A stretch of DNA of 64,000 bases from positions 208,444,001 to 208,508,000 of the forward strand of contig OX597815.1 in the NCBI GenBank assembly GCA_951406725.2, given 5' to 3'. The translations under genes were made by a program, and so were the position numbers. The notes beneath the pieces were generated by a model. It saw nothing but the letters and a program-made list of their open reading frames with translations. It was not told where the DNA came from and searched no databases. Within the stretch, counting starts at the first letter, position 1; each line of letters begins with the position of its first letter. The DNA is from Octopus vulgaris (taxonomy: Eukaryota). Shown piece after piece: positions 12,684 through 24,931 of this stretch.

Positions 12684-14567
12684 GTATGTATGTATGTGTG
12701 TGTGTGTGTGTGTGTGTATTTTAAATATACATTAATAATTGTTATATGATTTTTAGATATAAGGAAAATGAATATTTTACTTTTTAAGTAGCATAAACAA
12801 AAAGTTTCTGTTGCAACACTTGTCTTTGCATAAAAGTGTTTTTTATAAATAGAGTTTCAGCTATTAGTAAAGCAAGCGTTTAAATGTGGCTTATATTTCT
12901 TTAAAAATTATATTTCTTTGTTGATTTGTTGTTCCATGATTAAGTCTGAGCATTTATGGAAATACATTAAAATTAGGTTAATTCATTTTTGCATATATTA
13001 ACTATATGACCACTCAAAACTTTTATGAAATTTCCCTTTATTAACTTGTTGCCTGTGTACTGTTAGCCTTTTGCATAGTGGTAATTCAGTTTGTCCAGTA
13101 TAGTTTCCCAAACTTACATGTTATCTAAAGATTAAATTCTAAGAGTTTGCAAAGTTAAATTCTCTTTCAAAAGTACATTGATCCATAAGCTTGAGTGCTA
13201 TGCTTTTGGTCAAATATAGGTATGTAGCATAATTTGGTCTTTTGCATTTCATATACACAAGTTAGAAACTTGTGTATAAATTTGAGCTCTAGTTAGAATA
13301 TTTTTTTAATGACTTGAATTGCTTTTTACTTTTCATGAGTAGTTGATACTCGAGAACTTTTTACATTTTTAGTTTTCATATAAAATGGTTAAGTTTTAAT
13401 CAATATGATCAAATATTTTAGCATTTATAGTTTAAATGGTAATACTTTCTTCTCAGTTTTACTTTTCTTAGATCTTTAATATTTATATACTTTACTCTTT
13501 CTATTCCATTCATACTTACACTTAATGGAAATACTCTTTGGATAAGTGTTTTTCATTTTGTCTAATATTTGATAACACTTTATAGGTTTTGATATGGCTT
13601 TTGTAAAGTTAAATGGAATATTCATTTTTTCATTCTTGTATATTTTGGACAACTGGTTGTGAGGATAAAATATTACTGTAAACCTGTAGCTTTGTAGCAA
13701 ATGCTTGATTCTATCTTCCTACATGTTATCATAATTAAAATATAAAAAAAATGGCAGTATCTTCTGGCTGAAATCCACTGTTAAGGCTGTTAATAAGATT
13801 TTCAAATTCATGTAAGTTTATCAAGATTAACCTGCCATAAAATGAAACGATCATGTAGATATCTTTTCCAGTCTTTTAAATATGTATTTCCAAACAATTG
13901 TAGAGATTCATAATACATGTTCTTCTTATGGCAACCTATAGCTAGGTTAGAATTAATAAGAGCGATTTTAGTGACCATTGCAGTTCCTGGTATTTTTCAG
14001 AATGCTGAGTCATCAATTATGAAAGGAATGTTTTGTACAGTGAATCTCTATTCATCAATCAAATGCATTCTGGTATCTCAAATTACTGTACATCAAGCAC
14101 ATATTTAATCACACTAATTCCATAATCATGAGGGAAAGTAGTATATAAATTAACAACATCAAAGGAAACAATAATTATATTTTGGCTTTCTGTACTTGGA
14201 AAGAGATTAAGTATATGTAAATCATCTTGAATAAGACTTTGAGCATATATTTGAAGTAGGGTATTAATGTGTCCAGAAGAAAAAAAAAATGACTTAACCC
14301 ATGTGTTTCATATACATAATCTGCTATAATTGGTCTTAATTTCAAATCTTCACAAGATGGCATTTTGATCTATTTGGTTTCAGAGTTTTTCATGTGTCAT
14401 ATATAACCTAATATTTATGTATTTTGACTAATCCATAGAAATTGTTGGCTTTGCATCAGAAATTGCTTCATCAAATACTTTCATAGTCAAACATTTTACA
14501 GCAAACATTAAATAGAATCAATAGATTTCCTATTATTTTGGATTGTTTACAGTAGTTCATGATAGTG

Positions 14568-15858
14568 CGAGGGGCGTTCAATAAGTAATGCCTCTGACCC
14601 ACTTGCAGTTGTTTGATCTAGCTGAAATTTTGTATGTGCAATTATTTATATCTCTATAGATGAAGTGGCAAATTACAGCTCTGAACTAATTGTGGTTTCC
14701 GATTTACAGGTGTTTTAACTGAGTCAAGTGTGAAATGGAGCATGTTGAGTGTCGAGCAGTGATCCGGTTTTTGTATTTGAAAGGACGCACACCACGGGAG
14801 ACTTTTGATGAAATGAAAGAAACTTATGGTGATGATGCCCCATCATATGACCTTGTAAAACGCTGGCATTGTGAATTCAAACATGGTCGGAACTCTGTGG
14901 AGACAGCTCCCAGATCTGGTCACTCCCTTCTGCCATTGATGAGGCATCTGTCTGTCATGTTGAGGCTGCCATTTTGGAAGATCGACACATAACTATTCGC
15001 CAAATAGCCCATGAGGTCAAGATTAGTACCGGGTCTGTGGAAACTATCATTCATGACCATTTGCATATGCAAAAGGTGTCTGCCAGATGGATTCCCAGGT
15101 TGCTCACACCTTTCCAGAAGCAAGAACACGTCGATTGCTCGAGGATGAATTTGGAGATGTGCCAAGAAGATGAGTCAAAATTTTTCAAAAGACTGATTGC
15201 ATAGGATAAAACCTGGGTCCATCACTATGATCCAGAGACCAAAGCCCATTCAATGCAGTGGAAGCACCATGACTCACCTCCTCCAAAGAAGGCAAGGGTG
15301 CAGCCCTCCGCTGGCAAGGTCATGCTTACAGTCTTCTGGGACCAGGACGGAGTAGTGAAGACAGATTTCCTGGCAAAGGGTGCCACAATTACAGGAGTCT
15401 ATTATGCTTCACTTTTGAGGAAATTAAGAGAAGCTATCAAAATCAAGAGGCGGGGCAAGATCAGCAAAGGCATCCTCCTCCTGCAGGACAATGCTCCGAT
15501 CCACTACTCGCGTGTCGCCAGATCAGAAGCACAGGCATGCGGCTATGAACTCATCCCCCATTCCCCCTACTCTCCTGACCTTGCACCCTCTGATTTTTAC
15601 CTCTTCCAGCCATGAAGTTGTTTTTGAAAGGAAAGCGTTTCCCAGATGATGCAGCCTTGATTTCTGAAGTCACGTCGTGGTTGGAGGACCAAGCTGGGGT
15701 CTTCTACAAAAACGGTCTTCAGAGCTGCATCAAACGATGGGAGAAATGCGTAACTCTGAGTGGTTCCTATGTAGAAAAAGACTAATAACTGTTCCAAGTT
15801 TCGTTGCTCTACTGCTATGGGAAGTGGGTCAGGGGCATTACTTATTGAACGCCCCTCG
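14568..15858 (+). mobile_element. Full-length mariner (Tc1/mariner, DD34D type) DNA transposon, 1291 bp
   Basis: TIRs CGAGGGGCGTTCAATAAGTAATGCC(T/C)CTGACCCACTT at both ends. Right flank TA, left flank TG (mutated TA). Confidence 0.95.
14735..15785 (+). pseudogene. mariner transposase, disrupted
   Basis: N-terminal HTH region, WIPRLL, DKTWVHHYDP, LLQDNA and YSPDLAPSDFYLF motifs. Frameshifts near 14925 and 15610, stop at 15202. Confidence 0.95.
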
Positions 15859-16145
15859 TAACTATTTACTTGGATTTTAAGTATAAGTTCTTTATAATAT
15901 TTTAGTAGCAACATCACAACGCTTATCAGCTTCTTTAATTGTAATTTCAATGTCTGTTTGTAAATCATTTAGATTTTACCATTCTTAGTGTGAGAAATTT
16001 GATTTTATTCTCCAAATTTCACTCAGTTCATTTGCAAAATGCTTGTGTTCTCAGTAAGTGTCAGAGCTTTAATTCCTTCAATTTATGGTTAATGCATACA
16101 GAGACACACACAATCACACACATATATACTTAAATGTATATGTAT

Positions 16146-16352
16146 GGGTGCTGAAAAGTTCCTGGCTTTGAGGGTATTGCGAATGGTCTGGCTGGAGGCC
16201 AATCTTCCAAGCTCTTTTACAGGGCTTACATAAACTAAGGACTGTTGCAATAAGTGTGTAAATCTGAGAGGAGAATATACCAAACAAATTCATAATTTAC
16301 TGATCCTCCTGCATTTTCTTTTACCCAGAGCCAGGAACTCTTCAGCACCTCT
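16146..16352. mobile_element. mariner-derived MITE
   Basis: Inverted ends GGTGCTGAAAAGTTCCTGGCT / AGCCAGGAACTCTTCAGCACC. Internal NKCVNLRGEY resembles a mariner transposase C-terminus. Confidence 0.75.
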
Positions 16353-16396
16353 CATATATGTATGTAGGTGCACATATTTGTATGCATGTATGCATG

Positions 16397-16430
<34 letters not shown>

Positions 16431-16600
16431 TGTATGTATGCATGTATGTATGTATGTATGTATGTATGTATGTATGTATGTATGTATGTATGTATGTATG
16501 TATGTATGTATGTATGTATGTATGTATGCATGCATGTATGTATGTATGTATGTGTGTATGTATGTATGTATGTATGTATGTATGTATGTATGTATGTATG

Positions 16601-17157
16601 TAGTGTCAGGTCACTTTTGAGTGCTACTGGTAACCTGTAACCCAGTACAACCTGTTGCATGGTCAGGTCATCGGCGACTAAACCGGCAACCCCACCAAGC
16701 TTGCTTGGTGAGGAGGGTGTTTATTGGACACCCTGCGGGATGAAAAACAAAACCCATCAAAGGGCGGAAGAACTCTTGAGAGTCAACAGCCATCCAACAA
16801 ATGTATTAAGGATGTATCATGCACGGGGACATAGAAATAATCGGACTGAATACCCGATCGCCCGGTTAAACCATTGGGAGTGAAGGACTCCTAGCCTTTG
16901 TTAGGGCATCCTTCTAGGAGAAGGCAACTCAGGTAACTGAGATAACTCTGACATAAAACCTGCGGCTCAGTGGTTACCGATGATGTTGACTTGTTCTTCT
17001 TTTCGGATTATGGCTGCTGTTGCTTAGTGAGTGGGATTGACTCAGTGCACAGCCTTTCCTCACTTTAAAAAAATCTTCTTGCACAGGCATTGCATGATAA
17101 CAACATTGATTAAGCTTCGTGCAATGGCCATACTCGATAACGAGGTGGCAGCCACCA
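16601..17157 (+). mobile_element. Non-coding retroelement-like insert within (TATG)n, possibly derived from an RTE 5' UTR
   Basis: GC-richer 550-bp block flanked on both sides by (TATG)n. GGGCATCCTTCTAGGAGAAGGCAACTC..TAAAACC resembles motifs in RTE-clade leaders. Confidence 0.45.
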
Positions 17158-17319
17158 TGTATGTATGTATGTATGTATGTATATTTGAGTAGTTGAATGA
17201 ATTATCTTATGGATAATTCGGTTAACCGATACCTGGGTAGCAAATTCACATCATTGAGTGCGTTTGAAGTTACGTGCTTTTCGTGTGGAAATTTGTATGT
17301 TTTTTTTAAATATAAATAT

Positions 17320-17439
17320 ATGAAAGAATAGAGTTGAACGACGAATTAACAAAATTCCTTTATTTTCGACAAATGTTTCGAAACATATGTCGAAAATAAA
17401 GGAATTTTGTTAATTCGTCGTTCAACTCCATTCTTTCAT
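17320..17439. repeat. 120-bp near-perfect palindrome
   Basis: Centred on TTTCGAAA (17379/17380) with two mismatched pairs. The centre reads CGAAACATATGTC, the 3' half of a minimal hammerhead. Confidence 0.9.
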
Positions 17440-18153
17440 CACTTGACAACTGATGCTGGTGTGTTTACATCCTTGTAACCCAGTGGTTCAGCAATAGAGT
17501 CTGGTAGAATAAGTACTAGGCTTACAAAGAATAAGTCCTGGGGTCGATTTGCTCGATTAAAGGCAGTGCTCCAGCATGGCCACAGTCAAATGACTGAAAC
17601 GAGTAAAAGAGTAAAAGAGTATGTATGTATGTATGTATGTATGTATGTATGTATGTACATTGTAAAGTTTTGTAATATTTCAATTTATTTCAGTTCTCCC
17701 GATTTACACTCTGTTGTATATAAAACAGATATTGTTTAATTAATGGCAAACCATTAAAAACACAAGCATTGCTAATTTGCCAATCCTTTAATGAACTAGC
17801 CTAATTTAATACAGCTTCTATAAATGGCTGATCTATGAAACTGATTTAGGAAAGAGTCAGGTACATCTCTGAAAAGTTGTTCACAAACTTTGAAATGGTT
17901 TATCAGGAGACTGCTTGCCTCTTTTTTCTTTGTCCTTATCTTCTTTTTTTTTTGTGGGGGAGAGGAGGGGGCGGCATCAATGGCATAAAGAGAATGTACT
18001 TACATTTTCAGTTCACTCACAGGGAGGCTTTGTTATACATGCATAAACATACACACACTCACAAAAGAAAAAAAACACAAACACACAAACATATACACTG
18101 ACACATACACAAACACACACATATATATATATACAAATCAATTCATTGGTTAA

Positions 18154-18461
18154 ATGTGTGTGTGTGTGAGTGTGTGTGCGTATGTGTGTGAGTATGTGTG
18201 TGTATGTGTGTGTGTGTGTGTGAGTGTGCGTGTGTGAGTGTGTGTATGTGTGTGTGTGTGTGAGTGTGTGTATGTGTGTGTGTGTGAGTGTGTGTGCGTG
18301 TGTGAGTGTGTGTGTGAGTGTGTGTGTGTGAGTGTGTATGTGAGTGTGTGTATGTGTGTGTGTGAGTGTGTGTGTGTGTGAGTGTATGTGTGTATGTGTA
18401 TGAGTGTGCGTGTGAGTGTGTGTGTGGGTGGGTGTGAGTGTGCGTGTGTGTGTGTGTGCGT

Positions 18462-18496
<35 letters not shown>

Positions 18497-18571
18497 CGTG
18501 TGAGTGTGTGTGTGTATGAGTGTGTGTGTGTGAGTGTGTGTGTGTGTGTGAGTGTGTGTGTGTGTGTGCAC

Positions 18572-18608
<37 letters not shown>

Positions 18609-18620
18609 TGTGTGTGTGTG
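18154..18620. repeat. (TG)n-based microsatellite
   Basis: Direct reading. Confidence 0.97.
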
Positions 18621-18669
18621 CATTCTTTTCCTGAATGAAAAGATGAAAAGGATACATAGGAGAGGCAGA

Positions 18670-18920
18670 GAGACAGACTAGATTCAACGGAGAAACCAGC
18701 TATGGAAATTACAGTCAAAATGGCCATTAAGGTTTGTTCATCAGGGATTGCCGCTGAAATGCTGTAACTCTCCAGTAATGTAGGACACGTATCAACCATT
18801 CACATAATCAATACAATAGTACAGGGAGGCATTATACCTAATGACTGGAATAATAATATCACCATCAACAATGAAAGCATCAAACTGATGGATCAAGGTA
18901 TGAGAGTAATAGAAGTAATA
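18670..18920 (+). pseudogene. RTE-type LINE RT fragment, degenerate
   Basis: SGIAAEML..IINTIVQGGIIPNDW..IKLMDQGMRVIE. Confidence 0.55.
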
Positions 18921-20552
18921 ACATGACCAATTTAGGTGAACATTTGTTTAGATGAGATGCTATTGTGATGTGTGAGAAGATGGGTTAACACCGATATTCT
19001 CTTTCCAATGAGACAACGACATGAGAAATTTGTTAGCGAGGAGTGAACTATTATATTTAGCACTCGTTGATTTAGAGGAAGCCTTTGGGAGAGTACCACA
19101 TTCTATAGGCTGGTTCATCATCATCATCATCATCATCATCGTTTAACGTCCGCTTTCCATGCTAGCATGGGTTGGAAGGTTCAACTGGGGTCTGGGAGGC
19201 CGGAGGCTGCGCCAGGCCCAGTCTGATCTGGCAGTGTTTCTACAGCTGGATGCCCTTCCTAACGCCAACGTCATTCTAAAAACAAGGCAAGAGTTATCAA
19301 TGGGTTCTGTGAGGAATTTAGCAACCGTGCAGCCATATCAGTTCCTATACACTTCATTTGAAGAAAAATAATTTTTTTCACTAGATTCAGAAAATAAGAT
19401 ATGAATGATCAAAGATGGAATATCTTTAATCATAGGACTGATCAATCAAAGCTAATCTTGAGCTAATCAACAAAAAAAAAAAAGGGAGAATATATCAAGA
19501 AAGAAAGGAATAAAAAAAAAAACCCTAAAGTTAGGATAATATTGTATACCTAAGCCCTTTATTCTCTACAGAACACAGGTCTCCACTGTTATTAAATCTG
19601 GGCTGTCTTTTCTGATTCTCTCTGCTTGGATCCCTACTTTACTTCTGGAATTTTCTGCCCCACATCATATATCTCCCTAAAGGAAGGCCTTCTTCTCACT
19701 GGTCATATTGGTTTTGAATTGTCATCAATAATTCTGTAACTTTGCTTCTTTTTAGATAGGGGTTTTGGCCTTACACACTCCTACTTTTACTTCTGAAGTG
19801 AGGTGATCCATATTTTTCTGGCTGCTAGCCTTTGATTTGTCTGTCATGGAAAGCACTACCAGAAGCTTTCACTCTATTGATATAGTTATCAGAGCCATTA
19901 AAGCACACAAGCTAATACATGGAACTGATGTGGCTTAACAGCATGAAAAATTTTATTCATGCACAGGAAGGGTGGCGTCACCTCCCACCCAAAGGATTTT
20001 GCTCATGTGGCATTAGATTTGATGGGAAAAAATAAAGTTAGATAGTTTTTAAATGCCTCTTGTATATAGACAGACACACAGTCAGAGAAGCACAGTAAAT
20101 ACCATGACCATTCCATAGTGTATAAACTTGTCTGTGTTAATGAAATAGAAGTGAGTCCACTCAGAGATTGCTATGGAAGGCTATCACCTTTTATAGTGTT
20201 TCTGTAGGGACAACCATCCAATTATTCATCAGCCTTATTACTTACGCCAGTCTCTTCTAAGTTATGTGATCTCATAATTTACTACTTTTGCATTCTAACC
20301 ATCATTGTCATCATCATCATCATCATCATTTAATGTCTGCTTCCCATGCTGGCATGGGTTGGACAGTTTGACAGGAGCTGGCTAGGCAGAAGACTAAACT
20401 AAGCTTCAATGTCTGTTTCTTAGGAAGGGCCTCCAGCTGTGAAAATCATGCCAAATCAGACTGGAACATGATACAGCTCTCCAGCTTAACAGTTTTCAGT
20501 TGAATCCTCCAACCCATGCCAACAAGGAAAACAGACATTAAATGATGATGAT

Positions 20553-20592
<40 letters not shown>

Positions 20593-20606
20593 TATATATA
20601 TATATA

Positions 20607-21430
20607 GGTGCAGAAGTGGCTGTGTGGTAAGTAGCTTGCTTACCAACCACATCGTTCTAGGTTCAGTCCCACTGCGTAGCACCTTGGGCAAGTGTCTTCT
20701 ACTATAGCCTTGGGCCGACCAAAGCCTTGTGAGTGGATTTGGTAGACAGAAACTGAAAGAAGCCTGTCATATATATATATATATGTGTGTGTGTGTATGT
20801 ATATGTTTGTGTGTCTGTGCTTGTCCCCCCAACATTGCTTGACAGCTGATGCTGGTGTGTTTACGTCCCCATCACTTAGCGGTTCAGCAAGAGAGACCAA
20901 TAGAATAAGTCCTGGGGTCAGTTTGCTCGACTAAAAGGCGGTGCTCCAGCATGGCCACAGTCAAATGACTGAAACAAATAGAAGAATGAAAGAAAAAAGA
21001 AAGAAAAGAATTTCTAGGTGCAGGAGTGGCTGTGTGGTAAGTAGCTTGCTAACCAACCACATGGTTCCGGGTTCAGTCCCACTGTGTGGCACCTTGGGCA
21101 AGTGTCTTCTACTATAGCCTCAGGCCGACCAAAGCCTTGTGAGTGGATTTGGTAGACGGAAACTGAAAGAAGCCCGTCGTATATATGTATATATATATAT
21201 GCGTGTGTGTGTTTGTGTGTCTGTGTTTGTCCCCCTAGCATTGCTTGACAACTGATGCTGGCGTGTTTATGTCCCTGTCAGTTAGCGGTTCGGCAAAAGT
21301 GACCAATAGAATAAGTACTGGGCTTACAAAAGAATAATTCCCGGGGTCGAGTTGCTCGATTAGAGGCGGTGCTCCAGCATGTCCACAGTCAAATGACTGA
21401 AACAAGTAAAAGAGTAAAAGAGTAAAGAGT
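20607..21430 (+). mobile_element. Two adjacent family A SINEs (20607-20990, 21017-21430)
   Basis: Each begins GGTGCAG(A/G)AGTGGCTGTGTGGTAAG and ends CAGTCAAATGACTGAAAC plus tail. Confidence 0.9.
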
Positions 21431-22057
21431 ATACCGAAATTTAGCTTCCCCGAGTGGAGCACCAGCAGCCCTAGGGCCAGCGGTGCTCATCATAGCTGTC
21501 AAACCTTTAAAAATGGTTTTAATAACTTATAAAATAGATATATGGTTTATGGAATCATATAAGAAAGAGAAAAAAATTACTTTGGAGCTGAACAGTTTGA
21601 GACTGTGATATGCTGGATAATAATAACGGAATCTGATAGTAAAAATTTAAATTACCAAAAGGTTAAAGAAATGAAATAAAGAAATAAAATAAAATATATA
21701 TATATATAAAATAAAACAAACATATGAACAGCTGGATAAGATAAAAATATGCAATACACTTAATAAATAATGACAACTAATAAAAACAAAGCAAAAATGA
21801 ATATACAAAACTACATTGCGTAAATAACAAGTCCAATCTGTATCTATCCTATATATAATCTTCACAGCATATACAGAAGTGATAGAGTTATATAAATGAC
21901 ATGTAGCATTCACATGCTCTCTACATTAAATTTAGGAAAAACTATAAAAATAGATAGGATCAGTGATCATTTTATAAATGCATCAAATATAGTAAATGTG
22001 ATTAAGGTGTGCAATACATTTATACCTTACAGCAATGATACATTGTCAACAACATAG

Positions 22058-22095
<38 letters not shown>

Positions 22096-22233
22096 ATGCG
22101 TGTGTATGCCTATATATATATATGTATATGTATGTATATATGTACATACATATGTGTATATATATGTATATATGTATATATATATATGTATATATATATA
22201 TATACACACATACATATGTATATGTACACACAC

Positions 22234-22264
<31 letters not shown>

Positions 22265-22426
22265 TAAATATATATGTACACACATATATATACGTACATA
22301 CATAGACATTCATATATATCTAGGTAAGTTATATATGACAAAAAAATGTGATGCATATCCAATCATATTTCCATAAATCTACTAACTTGAATAACTGAAA
22401 TATCCTTTATTTTATTCATTATTTAT

Positions 22427-22548
<122 letters not shown>

Positions 22549-23199
22549 GGCCTTCTTTAAAACCTATTTCTGTATTATTTTCATTCATTCTCACTTTTTA
22601 TGAAATAACACACAATAGCATAAAACAACAACAAAAGGTCAAACAGAAAATAGTAACAATAAGTATTATTGATTCATCATCATCATCGTCATCATCATCA
22701 TCATCATCATCATCATCGTCGTCGTCATCATCATCATATATACAATAATGAATGAATGTGTGTCTATATGTATGTAAGGGCATAGTGGGAAATACGAAAA
22801 ATAATCTGTTATTTCAGAAGAATCTGCATCAGAGGAACAGTTTAAAGTCAACATTTTGTTTTTGTAGAATCACCTCTTTTTTTTTTTTGGCATCACAGAC
22901 TGGTTTCAGGCAAAACAATTTTTCAACAAACTGAAAGATTGTGCACTCTTAGCATTGTTTCAATTGATCTGGCAGCAAGCTGGCAGAATCATTAGCACGT
23001 AGGACAAAAGGCTAAGCAGTATTCCACCCATCACTACATTCTGAGTTCAAATTCTGCTGCGGTCGACTTTGCATTTCATCCTTTTGGGGTCGACAAATTA
23101 AGTACTAGGGTCGATGTAATTGACTAGTCCCCTCTCCCCAAATTTCAGGCCCTGTGCCTTTAGCAGAAAAGATTATAATTATTATTATTTTTTTTTTTT

Positions 23200-23405
23200 T
23201 CTTCTTTCAAATTTGCTTCCATTTCTTGCCCGACTCCTAGGGCAAAGAAACTCATAGTATACATTGGTAGGCCATTAAACTAGACTCAATAGTTAGTTCA
23301 TTTTTTTTTTTAAGTTAAATTAAAATACATGGGTAGTAATAGTTCACACATCGACAATGCTCTTCTCAATACGTGTGATGTACCAGTTAAGACAATCTTT
23401 TGCAC

Positions 23406-23406
<1 letters not shown>
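23200..23406 (-). mobile_element. 3' end of a Dong/R4-like non-LTR retrotransposon in (TAA)n
   Basis: VQKIVLTGTSHVLRRALSM C-terminus plus short 3' UTR, bracketed by TAA repeats. Confidence 0.65.
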
Positions 23407-23449
<43 letters not shown>

Positions 23450-23451
<2 letters not shown>

Positions 23452-23822
23452 GGAAGATGAGAGTAGAGAGGGAAGTGCTGTCTTGTAGCAAATTTATTGA
23501 AAGGTGGGTGAATGTTGGTAAAATGGCCAGTATGAATGGACCAATTCTGAGGTTACACCTGTAAAAAAAAAAGGTAATAAAAAAGACAGGGGCTCTCTAC
23601 CCCTTTTTGACCTGGCTCCCATGGCTTTTATGGGTTTTTCCACAAGTAACCGTTCAAAGTGACTTCCTCACTGGGAGTTTAATTTGTTATATTTTTCGCT
23701 GTTATTTTAATGTTTACATGGACCTTTCATTTTTGCAAAACCCTTTGTACTTTTCGTCCTGTATTTGTCCTTACATGTTTTTTTGATTTATCTTAGCCCT
23801 TGTGGCCAATAAAACCAGAATT
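23450..23822 (+). mobile_element. 3' end of an L1/Tx1-type LINE
   Basis: KMRVEREVLSCSKFIERWVNVGKMASMNGPILRLHL* followed by a T-rich UTR ending AGCCCTTGTGGCCAATAAA; lies between (TTA)n tracts. Confidence 0.55.
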
Positions 23823-24048
23823 AATTATTATTATTATGAAAGGGGCTGGCAGAATCATTAGCATGAAGGGCAAAATACTTTGTAGTATTTTGCCCATTTC
23901 TGAGTTCAAATTCTGCCTTTCATTCTTTTTGGGGTCGATAAAATAAGTACCAGTTGAGTACTGGGGTCAATGTAATCAACAAGCTCCCTTCCCTAAATTT
24001 CAGGCCTTGTTCCTGAAGTAGAAAGGATTATTATTATTATTATTATCA

Positions 24049-24610
24049 TTGAGTGAGAGAACAGTGCATGCCATCAAAGTGACTCTGGGGTAAAATATAC
24101 GAAACCAGTATACCCATCATGACTACCTGTCTGATAAGGGTACACCAGGCACATGCATCACAACCAAATGTGCACGACACGGTGATCTCATATCAAGATA
24201 GAGAGTACATGAACTTGCATGTGGGGCCCAGTTAGAAATTTCTTCACAGGTCGACTAGCCCATCCCATTGAAAATGTCCCTGAATAAAGGTTGTTTAAGG
24301 ATGTTGAATGAAACACCCATGTTTCCAAAGGTGAATTATCCAAACCCCAAAGAATTCCTCTCAACATATAACTATAATGTTCCCCAACTACTTCTGCTCA
24401 AGATAAGAAATGCACATGTCATGAGTCACTAAGGGACAGGCTCAACTAGTTAATGTCAAGCAACTGACAAGCAAATCTGTGGTATTGAGCAGAATATTTG
24501 CTGTAGCCCATCTTTTATACCAAGACAAAACAATGTACTTGATAACACTTCCAATCAGTTAAGATCAGAAGCCATAAAAGCCACTGCCTGGTACTGCATT
24601 AGTACATTTT
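24049..24610 (-). mobile_element. Non-coding 560-bp element with (TAA)n tail, candidate non-autonomous Dong/R4 partner
   Basis: Mixed-sequence block bounded by (TTA)n and (CTT)n. No ORF and no clear A/B boxes; sits immediately 3' of a Dong-like copy. Confidence 0.5.
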
Positions 24611-24844
24611 CTTCTTCTTCTTCTTCTTCTCCCCCTCCTCCCCCTCCTCCTCCTCCTCCTCCTCCTCCTTCTTCTTCTTCTTCTTCTTCTTCTCTTCTTC
24701 TTCTTCTTCTTCTTCTTCTTCTTCTTCTTCTTCTTCTTCTTCTCCTTCTTCTCCCCCTCCTCCTCTTTCTCCCCCTCCTCCTCCTCCTTCTTCTTCTCCT
24801 CCCCTCCCCTCCTTCTTCTTCTTCTTCTTCTTCTTCTTCTTCTT

Positions 24845-24928
<84 letters not shown>

Positions 24929-24931
<3 letters not shown>

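Larger units (their letters stand above)
12870..16090 (-). pseudogene. Decayed Penelope-like retroelement (Neptune-type: RT, Cys linker, GIY-YIG), split by a mariner
   Basis: Collinear minus-strand peptide remnants: ITIKEADK (~15930), FYGLVKIHK (~14430), DLKLRPII, FDVVNLYT, GTAMVTKIA, WKRYLHDRFILW (~13850), NIPFN, KCKRPN (linker), NLIF..TC and YTGQT..L.KRLTVHRQQV (~13070), KYKPHLN. Many stops and frameshifts. Confidence 0.8.

Noticed and set aside
12870-14560. Long host 3' UTR (initial impression from SINE-free AT-rich sequence)
   Set aside because: Minus-strand translation shows PLE RT and GIY-YIG motifs instead.
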